This document shows, piece by piece, positions 1 through 13,920 of a DNA stretch of 64,000 nt. Source of the stretch: Heterodontus francisci (Eukaryota); assembly GCF_036365525.1 (NCBI RefSeq), contig NC_090404.1:6200001-6264000 (forward strand), in the 5' to 3' direction. The notes under the pieces are model-generated. The model worked only from the letters and a program-made list of their open reading frames with translations. It did not search any database and was not told where the DNA came from. How positions within the stretch are numbered: position 1 is the first letter of the stretch; each line of letters begins with the position of its first letter. The position numbers were made by a program, and so were the translations under genes.

Positions 1-533
1 CCAACCTCTCCTCATAGCTAATGCCCTCCAGACCAGGCAACATCCTGGTAAACCTCCTCTGTACCCTCTCCAAAGCCTCCACATCCTTCTGGTAGTGTGG
101 CGACCAGAATTGCACGCAATATTCTAAGTGTGGCCGAACTAAGGTTCTGTACAGCTGCAGCATAACTTGCCAATTTTTATACTCTGTGCCCCGACCGATG
201 TAGGCAAGCATGCCGTATGCCTTCTTGACTACCTTATCCAACTGCGTTGCCACTTTCAGTGATCTGTGGACCTGTACGCCCAGATCTCTCTGCCTGTCAA
301 TATTCTAAGGGTTCTGCCATTTACTGTATACTTCCCACCTGTATTAGATCTTCCAAAATGCATTACCTCACATTTGTCTGGATTAAACTCCATCTGCCAT
401 TTCTCCGCCCAAGTCTCCAACCTATCTATATCCTGCTGTATCCTCTGACAATCCTCATCAATATCCGCAACTCCACCAACCTTTGTGTCGTCCACAAACT
501 TACTAATCAGACTAGCTACATTTTCCTCCAAAT

Positions 534-851
534 CACTGTGGCACAGTGGTTAGCACCGCAGCCTCACAGCTCCAGGAACCCGGGTTTGATTCTGGGTACT
601 GTCTGTGCGGAGTTTGCAAGTTCTCCCTGTGACCGTGTGGGTTTTCGCCGGGTGCTCCGGTTTCCTCCCACAGCCAAAGACTTGCAGGTTGACAGGTAAA
701 TTGGCCATTGTAAATTGCCCCTAGTGTAGGTCGGTGGTAAGAACTATGAGATTACTGCAGGGTTAGTATAAATGGGTGGTTGATGGTCAGCACAGACTCG
801 GTGGGCCGAAGGGCCTGTTTCAGTGCTGTATCTCTAAATAAATAAAATAAA
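534..851 (+). mobile_element. tRNA-derived HE1-like V-SINE inserted in the CR1 RT
   Basis: A-box-like TGGCACAGTGG, B-box-like GGTTTGATTC, central GGTGCTCCGGTTTCCTCCCACA, LINE-like tail GGGCCGAAGGGCCTGTTTCAGTGCTGTATCTC(TAAA)n. Confidence 0.9.
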
Positions 852-2125
852 TTTATATATACTACAAAGAGCAAAGGTCCCAGCACTGATCCCTGCGGAA
901 CACCGCTAGTCACAGCCCTCCATTCAGAAAAGCACCCTTCCACTGCTACCCTCTGTCTTCTATGACCAAGCCAGTTCTGTATCCATCTTGCCAGCTCACC
1001 TTTGATCCTGTGTGACTTCACCTTTTGTAACAGCGCGTCATGTGGGACCTTGTCCAAGGCTTTACTGAAGTGCATATAGACAACGTCCACTGCCTTTCCT
1101 TCATCAATCATCTTCGTCACTTCCTCAAAAAACTCGATCAAGTTAGTGAGACACGACCTCCCCTTCACAAAACCATGCTGCCTCTTGCTAATAAGTCCAT
1201 TTGTTTCCAAGTGGGAGTAAATCCTGTCCTGAAGAATCATCTCTACTAATTTTCCTACCACTGATGTAAGGCTCACCGGCCTGTAATTACCTGGATTATC
1301 CTTGCTACCCTTCTTAAACTAAGGAACAACATTGGCTATTCTCCAGTCCTCTGGGACCTCACTTGTAGCCAATGAGGATACAAAGATTTCTGTCAAGGCC
1401 CCAGCAATTTCCTCCCTTGCCTCACTCAGTATTCTGGGGTAGATCCCATCAGGCCCTGGGGACTTATCTACCTTAATGCTTTGCAAGACGCCAACACCTC
1501 CTCCTTTTTGATATCAACATGACTCAGACTATCTACACTCCCTTCCCTCGACTCATCATTCACCAAGTCCTTCTCTTTGGTGAATACTGATGCAAAGTAC
1601 TCATTTAGTACCTCGCCCATTTCCTCTGGCTCCACACATAGATTCCCTCCTCTGTCCTTGACTGGGCCAACCCTTTCCCTGGTTACCCTCTTGCTCTTTA
1701 TATACGTATAAAAAGTCTTGGGATTCTCCTTAATCCTGTTTGCCAATGACTTTTCATGACGCCATTTAGCTCTCCTGGCTCCTTGCTTAAGTTCCTTCCT
1801 ACTTTCTTTATATTCCTCAAGGGCTTCGTCTGTTCTCAGCCTTCTAGCCCTTACGAATGCTTCCTTTTTCTTTTTGACTAGGCTCACAATATCCCTCATT
1901 ATCCAAGGTTCCCGAAACTTGCCAAACTTATCCTTCATCGTCACAGGAACATGCCGATCCTGGATTCTAATCAACTGACGTTTGAAAGACTCCCACATAT
2001 CAGATGTTGATTTACCCTCAAATAGCCGCCCCCCATCCAAATTCTTCAGTTCCTGCCTAATATTGTTATAATTAGCCTTCCCCCAATTTAGCACCTTCAC
2101 CCGAAGACTATTCTTATCCTTATCA

Positions 2126-2452
2126 TTTTTTTTCTTTTTTTTCATTTAGAGATACAGCACTGAAACAGGCCCTTCGGCCCACCGAGTCTGTGCCGATCCA
2201 TCAACCACCCACTTATACTAACCCTACACTAATCCATATTCCTACCACATCCCCACCTGTCCCTATATATTTCCCGACCACCTACCTATACTAGGGGCAA
2301 TTTATAATGGCCAATTAACCTATTAACCTATCAACCTGCAAGTCTTTGGCATGTGGGAGGAAACCGGAGCACCCGGAGGAAACCCACGCAGACACAGGGA
2401 GAACTTGCAAACTCCGCACAGGCAGTACCCAGAATCGAACCTGGGTCCCTGG
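2126..2452 (-). mobile_element. HE1-like V-SINE, 5'-truncated
   Basis: Reverse complement of the 534-851 family; interrupts CR1 ORF2. Confidence 0.88.
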
Positions 2453-4577
2453 TTCCACAAGTACCTTAAAACTTATGGAATTATGGTCACTGTTCCCGAA
2501 ATGCTCCCCTACTGAGACTTCGATCACTTGGCCAGGCTCATTCCCCAATACCAAGTCCAGTGCGGCCCCTTCCCTAGTTGGACTATCTACATAATGTTTC
2601 AAGAAGCCCTCCTGGATGCTCCTTACAAATTCTGCCCCATCTAAGCCCCTAGCACTAAGTGAGTCCCAGTCAATATAGGGGAAGTTGAAATCACCCACCA
2701 CTACAACCCTGTTACCTTTGCATCATTCCAAAATCTGTCTATATATCTGCTCCTCTACCTCCCGCTGGCTGTTGGGAGGCCTGTAGAAAACCCCCAACAT
2801 CGTGACTAGATCGTGACTGCACCCTTCCTATTCCTGAGCTCCACCCATATTGCCTCGCTGCATGACCCCTCCGAGGTGTCCTCCCGCAGTACAGCTGTGA
2901 TATTCTCCTTAACCAGTAATGCAACTCCCCCACCCCTTCTACATCCGCCTCTATCCCGCCTGAAGCATCTAAATCCCGGAACGTTTAGCTGTCAATCCCG
3001 TCCTTCCCTCAACCAAGTTGCTGTATTAGCAACAACATCATAGTTCCAAATACTAATCCAAGGTCTAAGTTCATCTGCCTTACCTGTTATACTTCTCGCA
3101 TTGAAACAAATGCACTTCAGACCACCAGTCCCGCTGTGCTCAGCAACATCTCCGTGCCTGCTGTTCCTCTCAGTCTTACTGGCCTTATATACTAGTTCCC
3201 CCTCAGTTATTTCACTTGCTGTCCTACTGCTCTGGTTCCCACCGCCCTGCCACACTAGTTTAAACCCTCCTGAGTGACGCTCGCAAACCTCACAGCCAGG
3301 ATATTTGTGCCCCTCCAGTTTAGATGCAACCCGTCCTTCTTGTACAGGTCCCACCTGTCCCGCAAGAGATCCCAATGATCCAGATATCTGAAACCCTTCC
3401 TCCTACACCAGCTGTTCAGCCACGTGTTTAGCTGCACTATCTTCCTATTTCTAGCCTCACTGGCACGTGGTACAGGGAGTAATCCCGAGATTACAACCCT
3501 AGAGGTCTTGTTTTTTAACTTACTACCTAACTCCCTGAACTCCCCCTGCAGGACCTCGTCACTCTTCCTGCCTATGTCGTTGGTACCGATGTGTACCACA
3601 ACCTCTGGCTGTTCACCCTCCCCCTTCAGAATGTCCCCTGCCTGCTCAGAGACATCCTTGACCCTGGCACCAGGGAGGCAACATACCATCCTGGAGTCTC
3701 TTTCACGTCCACAGAAGCGCCTATCTGTGCCCCTGACTATAGAGTCCCCTATAACTATTGCTCTTCTGCGCTTTATCCCTCCCTGCTGAACAACAGAGCC
3801 AGCCGTGGTGCCACTGCTCTGGCTGCTGCTGTTGTTTTCCCCTGATAGGCCCTCCCCCCAACAGTAACCAAAATGGTATACTTGTTAGAGAGGGGGACAG
3901 CCACAGGGGATTCCTGCATTGACTGCCTGTCCCTTGTCGCAGTCACCCATCTATCTGCCTGCACCTTGGGTGTAACCACATCTCTGAAACTCCTGTCTAT
4001 GATGCTTTCCGCCACCTGCATGCTCCGAAGTGCATCCAATTGCTGCTCCAACCGATCCATGCGGTCTGTGAGGAGCTGCAACTGGGTACACTTCCTGCAG
4101 ATGTCGTCGTCCAGAACGCTGGAAGTGTCACGGACCTCCCACATCTCACAGGTGAAGCACTTTACCCCTCTAACTGACATTTCTAGCACTAATTCATAAA
4201 TTAATTTGAAATAAATACTTATTAAATCCTTGCTAAATTAAGTTACAATTAACTATATGGTCCCTAACGCTAGATTTCTACTATAAATATTAAATGCTAA
4301 ATACAGTAATCTCCTCCCTCCGGTTTAGTTACTCCTCTACTTATTAATGAATTAGTTAATTAGGTTTAATTAGTTTATCAATGTTTTATTTTCAAATTCA
4401 GTGCAGATTCCCTACCAGCCAATCAGGTCACACGAGGTAAGTTACTCTATATACTTACTGCTCCGGAACTCCGCCCTCCTAGTCTTCTCCCTGGAACTGG
4501 GCCGCGAATCCCCGAGGTACAGTTTTTATACTTACCGCTCCGGAACTCCGTCCTCCGAGTCTTCTCCCTAGAACTAA

Positions 4578-5182
4578 TGTAATGTGTAATGTAATGGAAC
4601 CAATGTAACTAGTGTAATGTGCCATTGTGTAATGATGAGTACTGTATATCACGAGGCGCCATATAATCGCAGTAGAAAACCATTAAATTTAATGAAAGGA
4701 CAAAAAATGCTGTAATGAGAGGTACTGTTCCACAGGTGACTGACACCTGAGGGAACCGATCAAGAAATGACATCCGCCAGTGACTGGCATTATAAAGAAC
4801 CCTATCAGAGGCTGATCACACACTGCCTGAACCAATCACAGGCTGGGAACACCACTGATGATGAGTCGGGGCAGTGCACCAGAAAGGGTTAAAAAGACTA
4901 GCTGCCAGCAACACAGAGTGTGAAGTTGGAGACTGCATACCCGAAGTGACAGAGAGAGGAGACCACTTGTCAACTTGTGCCCAAGGCTGAATCAGGAGGC
5001 AAGACTGGCATTGTGCCAGTGAAGTCACTGCCTAACTTGATTATTACTTTTACTTAATAAATGTTTCCTGATATTATGACACCAGATTATTTCTTATTGT
5101 CTGTCTAGGCTCAAAAGGACAAATTAATATTAATTAGGTAAAGACTCCATAGTTGGAGTTAATAAGACCCAGGACTCTTACA
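4578..5182. mobile_element. Possible solo LTR
   Basis: TGTAA... start (exact position ambiguous), ...TTACA end, AATAAA near 5056; abuts a 5'-truncated ZNF remnant. No TSD found. Confidence 0.3.
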
Positions 5183-5398
5183 GAAGGGATTCACTCAGTC
5201 ATGCCGCCTCACTGAACATCAATTTGTTCACAGGAATCAGAGACCTTTTACATGGTCTGACTGTGAGAAGAGCTTTAAAAAATGATCTGCTGAAACACCA
5301 ACAGACACACTAGAGAGAGGCTGTTCATTTGCTCCATGAGTGGGATGAGATTCACTCAGTCATCCCATCTGCTGAGACACCAGCGAGTTCACAAGTGA
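5183..5398 (+). pseudogene. C2H2 zinc-finger gene remnant (last ~3 fingers)
   Basis: KGFTQS..LTEHQFVH / DCEKSFK..LLKHQQTH / FTQSSHLLRHQRVHK-TGA with frameshifts and lost Cys; followed by the family 3'UTR CTGCAGGGGTTGGATTCTGCTGTTATTG also seen at 31288 and (reverse) 13984. Confidence 0.88.
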
Positions 5399-6265
5399 CT
5401 GCAGGGGTTGGATTCTGCTGTTATTGCTGCTGTTAATCACATCCAGGACTGAACTATGACAGTTGGGGTTTATTTCTGCTGACATTAATAACCCCCATAA
5501 CTGGGCTGGAGTTTAATAATCTGCTCATTCTCAAATGAATTAATGTTATTTCAAACACACACTTTGTCAGGTCCTTAATTTCTCCAAGATAACAGTAGAC
5601 TACTTGATGTCCTGTTACTGACTGCTCCATTTTTGGGCCTTTTCTCCTTTCAAACTTTAGATTATTTCAGTTCTCATACCTTCACTTACTCTCATGGAGA
5701 AGTCCCAGCTCTCCATACCTTCCAGAGTGCCTCTGCTAGCCTTGGGATTCAGGGAAGGTATCAGTAACACACCCAGGATAACTAACACAAAACGCAGTCT
5801 GTAAATCACTTTCAGCTACTGGACTTAGTGTGTGTCCCACAGCATCTCTCTCACCTTCGATGTGTGAATAGAGCATCTCGCCTGCAAACCTGGATTAAAT
5901 TTAAATCCACTCAGGAAATTATTTAACAGGAGCCTTTTAGGTTGATTGGACTCTCTGAAGGTGCCAATTTTATAAACCCACAACGAAACCGTCAGACTGG
6001 CAGTGAGAGGTAGAGTGAATTTCAAAATTTGCGATGGATATATTTTTGTTGGGTAAGGTTATTAAAGGATATGGAACCAAACCGAGTAAATGTAGTTGAG
6101 ATATTGATCAGTCATGGGGTAATTGAATGGTGGAACAGGCTGGAGGGGCTGAATGGCCTCCACCTACTCATGTGTTCCTCTATTCTACAGGATCACCAAG
6201 ACTGATGCCCTGAGGCTACTCTCGCAATACTGGGGCCTTCTATTCCTGACAGTTATGGAGCAAGG

Positions 6266-8560
6266 TGTTATGATTCCCATGGAGATCACCATATCAAAAG
6301 AATTGAATTTACCAACTGGTCGCAATAGAAAAACCAAACAGACAAGATTTCACTTTCATAAACTTTATAACACTCAAATCAAAAACAACATAAAGGAAAC
6401 ATGAACCAACAGGTAAATCATGATATATATATATAATAGCAACTAAGATAGGTCTCAAATTTACTAGGCAATCCGCCCATCAAAGATGGCAGACAGTCAT
6501 AAAGTACCATGAACCTCTTCAGGTGGATTTCCAACTCCTGCCCTCCAAGACACAAACACAGATGTATTGCCTTCTCGTCAATAGTGAGCGTTGCAGTCAT
6601 CCCTATAACGTTTCAGTCTTGTCGCCTCTCAATGTCCTCGATGCTGCTCACAACAGTTTTACTGGCGTATTTCCACCCATAACTCTTTAAAAGTCACTGA
6701 AAACAGCTGCAGCAACTCATGTTTGCCAAGAGCCAGCTCCCAGAAAAAAAGTTTTCCCTTTTTGCAGCCTGTCTTTTGAAAAACCAACAGCCTGTCTGGA
6801 AGAAGAACAGCCTGCAGCATGTTTCCACACTGCAGACCTGGGAACTGACCATTGAATAGCTCTGGTCATATGACTTTTATTTAACCTGGTTCTGACTTCC
6901 CAGAACTCTGAAGTTTTTAGCTTCATTTCCCAGTAAATGACTGTCTCAAAAAAAAAAAGCCTTTGATACCAAAGTCGTTGCACCTAACGGTACATTCAAC
7001 AAGGCAACTGTTCAGATCAAAGTCTGCACACCAGATATTCAGGGTGGTCAAGGCACGACAACAACCTCCCCTTCATAGATACGTGATCCCGACTGCAAAT
7101 CGATAGTGAGTCCGGGGACAATGATGGGTGGAAACAGTATGTGTTGTCATTGTAATGATAATTGGACCCTCAATAAACAAACCATTCCCAGGAGTGAAAT
7201 ATAAAACATGAGATCTAATTTGGAGCAAATCAGATCCAGGATTGCCTTTCTCACACATGGATATCGAGATGATCCATGTTACTGGGACTGCTGGAGCTGG
7301 ACAGGGCCTGACCCAGCACCGACAGGACAGGACAGTCCCACTGGGAGGTGATATAAAGCCGAATTAACACTCGTGTATCATTTTCATTGTTTAATTAATT
7401 TTACAATAAGACTCAGTGGATATTTCCTGTCAGGTTACCTTTCAGCAGAAGGGAGGATAAAAGTTTTCACATCACCAATCACATCAATGTTCTATATCAG
7501 ACAGTCCTGGAAAACTTTCCTGCAAATCCCTTTAACAGGATACTGATGAACTTCACATGCAGTAAAGTAAATGCACAAGGAGTTGACAGTATAATTTAGG
7601 TGTGGGATCTGTGATTACTAATCCATTTGAAAAGGGGACCTTCAACCAAACATCTTTGAGAATCACTGCTGTTGATTCGATGTAACTCTACATACTCACT
7701 ATAATTCTCTGTAACTCTATGTTACTATATCTCTGACTCCTGACGTAACTGGAAAAGCTTTTCCTATTAATACCACAATTATGCACCATCTCTGACCTTC
7801 TCTAATGGCTGCTTTTTGTCTCCCTCAATTGTGGGTGATATTTGTCCCTATTAACCTGTAAACTGAATTCATCTTGATCCAAACTGGGTTTAATGTAAGA
7901 CAGTTCAGGGAGTCAGGAATCATTCACCCCAAGACCTACACTAGCAGGTAAAACCCTAGACAGTTCCTTAGTAAGGATTCCTCTATTTCCTCAATATATA
8001 TTTCTCAGGACACTGAAACCCAGCTCCTGGAGGCTCCACTCCCTGAGCTTACAACCGTCAGCAGGGTCAGTGATGGAGTTCCACAGCGGGAGTGATTCCA
8101 GAATAACTGTCGGGATCACACCCTCATGGATGCTCCGGGTTATTTTGTTTTAATTATCCTGGTGTCTAACTTGCACACGTCAATAAAACAGGGAACTCCT
8201 GGTAACACACTGCAGGTTCTTCATTATCTGGAGATCAAATGTGTGTTGTATTATTGTCCCAGCAGTTAACAGACTCCTGTGAACTCCTCTGTCTGCTATT
8301 TTAATTAACACCTTATTTATTTTAAACGGGTTTGTTTTAAATAAGTTAACGCCTACTTTGAAATGGTAGATTCAGGACTGTCACACAAACATGTTAAATC
8401 TTTGCAGAATAATCATCACAAGTCATTTTCAGACTGGAAGCTTAAACCTGCAATTTCACTTTTAGCACATTTCCAGCATTCATCGTTGTTCTTCCTGACT
8501 CTAAACACAGTTGTAAAGGAGCCTTCTGTTCTGTTCCCAGGAGCTTCCTGTGTGCAGGAA
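6266..8560 (-). mobile_element. Decayed LTR element/ERV remnant: putative 3' LTR (6266-~7063), PPT and internal region
   Basis: TGTTATGA...ACAACA bounded segment with AAGGGGAGG (reverse strand, ~7065-7073) directly adjacent; internal sequence has no intact ORF. Confidence 0.4.
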
Positions 8561-11500
8561 GTGTATCCATCTGCAGCTACTGACTACCCGCATTACGGAG
8601 CTGAGGGTGGATTAACCGTGGAGCATCCGCGCTGCTGAGGACATTGTGGATAGCATGTTTAGTGAGGTGGTCACACCGCAGGCAATGGCTGCACAGGCAG
8701 AAAAGAGATGGGTGATCACCAGACGGAGTAGCAGGCGAAGGCAGGTAGTGCAGGAGTCCCCTGTGGCCATCCCCCTCTCAAACAGATATACCGCTGTGGA
8801 TACTGTTGGTGGGGTGGGGTAACCTCCCAGGGGAAAGCAGCAATAGCCAAGTTCGTGGCACCAGCAGGGGAGGAAAAGGGTTGGAAGAGCTATAGTGATA
8901 GGGGATTCTATCGTAAGGGGTGCAGATAGGAGTTTCTGTGGCCACAAACGAGACTGCAGGATGGTATGTTGCCTCCCTGGTGCTTGGGTCAAGGATGTCT
9001 CGGAGCGGCTACAAGACATTCTGAAAGGGGAGGGTGAGCAGCCAGAGGTCATGGTCCATATTGGTGCTAACGACATAGGCAGGAAGAGAGATGAGGTCCT
9101 GCAAAGGGAGTAAGGCAGAAGGTTAAAAAGCAGGACCTCTAGGGTCGTAATCTCAGGATTACTTCCTGTGCCACGTGCGAGTGGGGGTAGGAATAGGAGG
9201 ATAAGGCAAATGAATGCGTGGCCTAACAGCTGGTGTAGGTGGAAGGGCTTCAGCTACTTGGATCATTGGGTCTCTTCTCGTGCAGAGGTGATCTGTAGAA
9301 GAAGGTTGGGTTGCATCTAAACTGGAAGGGGACCAATATCCTTGCAGCGATGTTTGCTAGTACTACTCGGGAGGGTTTAAACTAGTCTTGCAGGGGGGGG
9401 TGGGACCCAAAGTAGTCTCTCCGATGAGATAGTTGAGGCAAATGTAGAGGTTAAAGCAAGCAAGTCCAGTAGACAGGCCGGGCAGGGGCAGGACAGGGCG
9501 CATGGAAGGTCCGATAGGCTTCTTGCATTAAAGTAAATGCAGGTTAGCCTTACAGGTAAGGCTCAGAGCATGGATCGGCACATGGGATTGTGATATTATA
9601 GCTATTACGGAAACGTAGTCAAGGGATGGGCAGGACTGGCAACTCAATGTTCTGGGGTACCGATCCTTCCAGCATGATAGAGGTGGAGGAAAGAGGGGGA
9701 ATTGCACTATTGATTAGGGAGGACATCACAGCAGTACTTATAGAGGATATCCCAGGGGGAATGTCCAGCAAAGCCATATGGGTAGAACTTAGAAATAAGA
9801 AAGGGGTGATCACTTTAATGGGATTATACTATAGGCCCCCTAATAGTCAAAGGGAAGTGGAGGAGCATATATGTAGGTCTAGGAATTATAGGGTTGTAAT
9901 AGTAGGTGATTTTAACTTCCCTAATATTGACTGGGACTGCCTTAGTGCTAACGGATCAGATGGGGAAGAATTTAAGTGTGTCCAGGATAGTTTTCTGAAG
10001 CAGTATGTGGATAGCCCTACTAGAGAAGGGGCTACAATCGACCTCCTCTTGGGAAATGAGGATGGGCAGGTGGTTGATGTGTCAGTGAGGGAGCACTTTG
10101 GGACCAGTGACCATAACTCTATCATAACTAACGAAGTTAATAAAGGATAGGACTGGTCCTCAGGTTGAAGTCTTAAATTGGGGTAAGGCTAATTTCAATT
10201 ACAACAGACAGGAACTCTCAAATGTTGAATGGGAGAGGCTGTTTACAGGTAAAGGGACATCTGGCAAGTGGGAGGCTTTTAAAAGTGGGATAGGAAGAGT
10301 TCAGGGTCGGCATGTTCCTATTAGATGGAAGGGCAAGGCTGTTAAGTTTGGGGAACCTTGGTTGACAAGGGATATTGAGGATCTGGTCAGGACAAAGAAG
10401 GAGGCATATGTCAGGTATAGGCAGCTGGGATCAAGCGAGTCCCTTGAGGAGTATAGGGGATGTAGGAGTACACTTGAGGAAATTAGGAGGGCGAAAAGGG
10501 GCCATGAGATTTCCCTGGCAGATAAGATAAAGGAGAAACCGAAAAGATTTTCTAAGTATATTATGAGTAAAAGGGTAGCTAGGGAGAGAGTAGGTCTCCT
10601 TAAGGATCAGTGTGACAATCTATGTGCGGAGCCATGGGAAATGGGCGAGGTCTTAAATGAATACTTCTCGTCTCTATTTACCGTGGAGGTGGTCATGGAA
10701 GCTAGTGAGTTCAAGGGACGGAACACCGATATCCTGGTGCATATCAACATTACAAAGGAAGAGGTTTTGAAGCGCATTAAGGTGGATAAATCCCCAGGGC
10801 CTGACCAGGTGTATCCTAGGATGCTATGGGAAGCAAGGAAGGAGGTTGCTGGGGCCCTGGCAGAGATTTTTGTATCATCGTTAGCCATGGGTGAGGTACC
10901 AGAAGACTGGAGGATAGCGAATGTTGTGCCTTTATTTAAGGGCAGCCGGGATAAGCCAGGGAACGACAGGCTGGTGAGCCTTACATCATTGGTGGGAAAA
11001 TTATTGGAAGAGATTCTGAGAGACAGGATTTATCTGCATTTGGAAAGGCATGGTCTGATTAGGGATAGTCAGCATGACTTTGTGCGTGGGAAATCATGTC
11101 TCACGAATTTGAATGAGTTTTTCGAGGAGGTGACCAAAAGGATTGGCGAGGGCCGGGTGATGGACGTTGTCTACATGGACTTTAGCAAGGCCTTTGACAA
11201 GATCCCGCATAGTAGGCTGGTCCAGACGGTTCAAACGTATGGGATCCAGGGTGAGCGAGCAAATTGGATATAAAATTGGCTTGGTGATAGAAGACAGAGG
11301 GTGGTAGTGGAGGGCTGTTTTTCAGATTGAAGGCTGGTGATCAGTGGTGTGCTGCAGGGATCGGTGCTGGGCCCTCTGTTGTTTGTCATATATATTAATG
11401 ACTTGGATGTGAATGTAGGGGATATGATTAGTAAGTTTGCAGATGACACCAAAATTGGTGGTATTGTGGACAGTGAAGAAGGTTGTCTAAGGTTACAACT

Positions 11501-12266
11501 GGATATGTATCAACTGGGAAAGTGGGCAAGGGATTGGCAAATGGAATTTAATGCAGACAAGTGCAAAGTGATGCATTTTGGGAAGTTAAACCAGGGCAGG
11601 ACATACACAATGAATGGCAGGGCCCTGGGGAGTATTGTTGAGCAGAGAGCCCTTGGGGGGTAAATACATAGTTCCCTGAAAGTGGCAACACAGGTAGACA
11701 GGGTGGTGAAGAAGGCATATGGCATGCTTGCCTTCATCGGCTGACGCATTGAGTACAAGAGTTGGGACGTCATGTTACAGTTGTACATAATGTTGGCTGG
11801 GCCGCATTTGGAGTACTGTGTGCAGTTCTGGTCGCCGCACTACAGGAAAGATGTGATTAAGCTAGAGAGGGTGCAGAAAAGATTCACAAGGATGTTGCCT
11901 GGTTTGAAGGGCTCGAGTTATAAAGAGAGATTGGATAGGCTGGGTCTGTTTTCCCTGAAGCGGAGGAGGCCAAAAGGGGACATGATAGAGGTATATAAAA
12001 TTATGAGAGGCATAGATAGGGTAGAAAGCCAGAGTCTGTTTCCCATGGTAGGGGTGACTAAAACTAGAGGGCATAGATTTAAGGTGAGAGGGAGGAGGTT
12101 TAAAGGGGATCTAACATTTAAGAGGCATCTGGACAAATACTTGAATGAGCAAGGCATAGAGTGATATGGAATTAATGAAGGGGGGTGGGATTAGTATAGA
12201 TAGGCTTTATGGTCGGCATGGATGCCTTGGGCCGAAGGGCCTGTTTCTGTCATGTACGACTATGAG
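8560..12266 (+). mobile_element. CR1/HER1-type LINE (partial ORF1 esterase, frameshifted ORF2, 3' tail)
   Basis: GDSIVRG..HIGANDIG (8895-9113); APE 9626-10150; RT 10362-12164 (QGSVLGP, KFADDTK); tail GGGCCGAAGGGCCTGTTTCTGT near 12230. Confidence 0.93.
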
Positions 12267-12629
12267 CCCTGAACCATGGAAGAGAGCAGCTGGGTCACAT
12301 GTCTTACACGCCTCAGGATTAACCCACACGGGGACTTTGCTGTCAGTGAAGAAAGACGAGAAAGACCAAAGTGCCATTTGTCCCTCTCAGTGTGACCCTG
12401 ATGGACTGTGTCCAAGCTGAAATTCTGCTCCTGCCATACGATCCTTCTCCCCCCAACGCCGCTTGTCCTTTCTGAGCTCCAGCCAGGTGATGTGAAACAC
12501 TCAGGTGGGAAAGACAAAAATCTACAACAATGTGTTTCAAAGTTGATTTATTTATAATTTATCCAGAATATTAACATCCAGCCCAAATGGAGAGGATATC
12601 AGCAGAAACAATCCCCAACTATCAGAATA

Positions 12630-13920
12630 GAAACAGATAACATAGGGAGCAGAAGGAGGCCATTTGACCCATCATATATCTGCCAGCAAAAACAGAGCTA
12701 TCCAGCCTAATCCCACTTTCCAGCTCTTGGTCCATTGCCCTGTAGGTTACAGAAACCCAAGCGCGTGTCCAAGTGACTTTGAAATGTGATGAGGGTTTCT
12801 GTCTCGACTACCCTTTCAGGCAGTGAGTTCCAGAACTCCAGCACCCTCCCAGTGAAATGATTTCTCCATTTCCTTCTAATGCTTCTGCAAATTACTACAA
12901 ATCTATGCCCCTTGGTTATTAACCTCCCCACAAAGAGAAACAGGTCCTTCCTATCCGCTATATCTAGGCCCTGCATAATTTTATACATCTCAATTAAATC
13001 TCCCCTCAGCCTCCTCTGTTCCAAAGAAAACAACCCCAGCCTATCCAATCTTTCCTCATCGCTAAAATTCTCCAGTCTTGACAACATCTTCATAAATCTC
13101 CTCTGCACCCTCTCTGGTGTGATCACACTTACCCGATAATGCAGTAACCAGAACTGTCCATGTATTCTGGCAGTGGTTTAACTTTAGGGGAGATGGTGAT
13201 GTAGTGGTAATGTCACTGGACTAGTAATCCAGAGGCCTGGGCAAGTGCACTGGGGACACAGGTTTGAATCCCACCCCAGCAGATGGTGACATTTGAAATC
13301 AATTAATAATAAATCTGGAACTAAAAAAAGTTGGTCTGATGATGGCCATGAAACCATTGTCGTTTGTTGTAAAAACCCATCCGGTTCACTAATGTCCTGA
13401 CCGACATGTGACTTCAGACCCACAGCAATGTGGTTGACTTTTAAATGGCCTAGCAAGGCTCTCAGTTCAAGGGCAATTTGACATGGGCAATAAATGCTGG
13501 CTCTTGTACGACTAAAGGAAAGTATCCCGTATGCCTTCCTCACCATTTTATCTACCTGCCCTACTACCTTCAGACATCTGTGGATATGTACTCCATGGTC
13601 CTTCTGTTCTTCTACACTTTGCAGAATCCTATCATTCACTGTTTATTCCCTCATCTTATTTGTTCTCCCCAAATGCATTCTCTCACTTTCCCAGTTAAAT
13701 TCCCTTTGCCAGTTTTCTGCCCATCTGACCAGTCCATTGATAGTTTCCTGCAGTCTGCAGCTTTCTTACTCAAAGTCAACCACATGACCCGTTTTGTATT
13801 ATCGGCAAACTTCTTAATCGTGCCCCCCTACACTTAAGTCTAAATTATTGATACATACAATGAGAACTAAGTGGCCTGGTACTGAGCCCTGTGGAAACCC
13901 AACTGAAAACGAGCTTCCAG
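12630..13920 (-). mobile_element. CR1 3' fragment inserted in the ZNF 3'UTR
   Basis: ORF2 C-terminal peptides (ERVQRRF..LGLFSLEQRRLRGDLIE); ZNF 3'UTR sequence lies on both sides. Confidence 0.85.
13186..13501 (+). mobile_element. Second tRNA-derived SINE family (DeuSINE/SacSINE1-like) nested in CR1
   Basis: Head GGTGATGTAGTGGTAATGTCACTGGACTAGTAATCCAGAG..GGTTTGAATCCC; tail AGGGCAATT..ATGGGCAATAAATGCTGGC. Related pieces at ~19240-19540, 24590-24660, 27755-28080, 28320-28540, 31925-32010, 33460-33660. Family name is from memory. Confidence 0.65.

Larger units (their letters stand above)
1..4575 (-). mobile_element. CR1/HER1-type LINE, near full length (5'UTR, ORF1 zinc finger plus SGNH esterase, frameshifted ORF2 APE-RT), 3' end runs off the window
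   Basis: ORF1 pieces 3773-4189 (CFTCEMW..CRKC) and 3255-3689 (VVVHIGTNDIG, DGLHLN). ORF2 pieces [50 protein letters not shown]. Broken by stops, frameshifts and two SINEs. Confidence 0.93.

Noticed and set aside
534-600. tRNA genes
   Set aside because: tRNA-like boxes are SINE heads continuing into SINE bodies.
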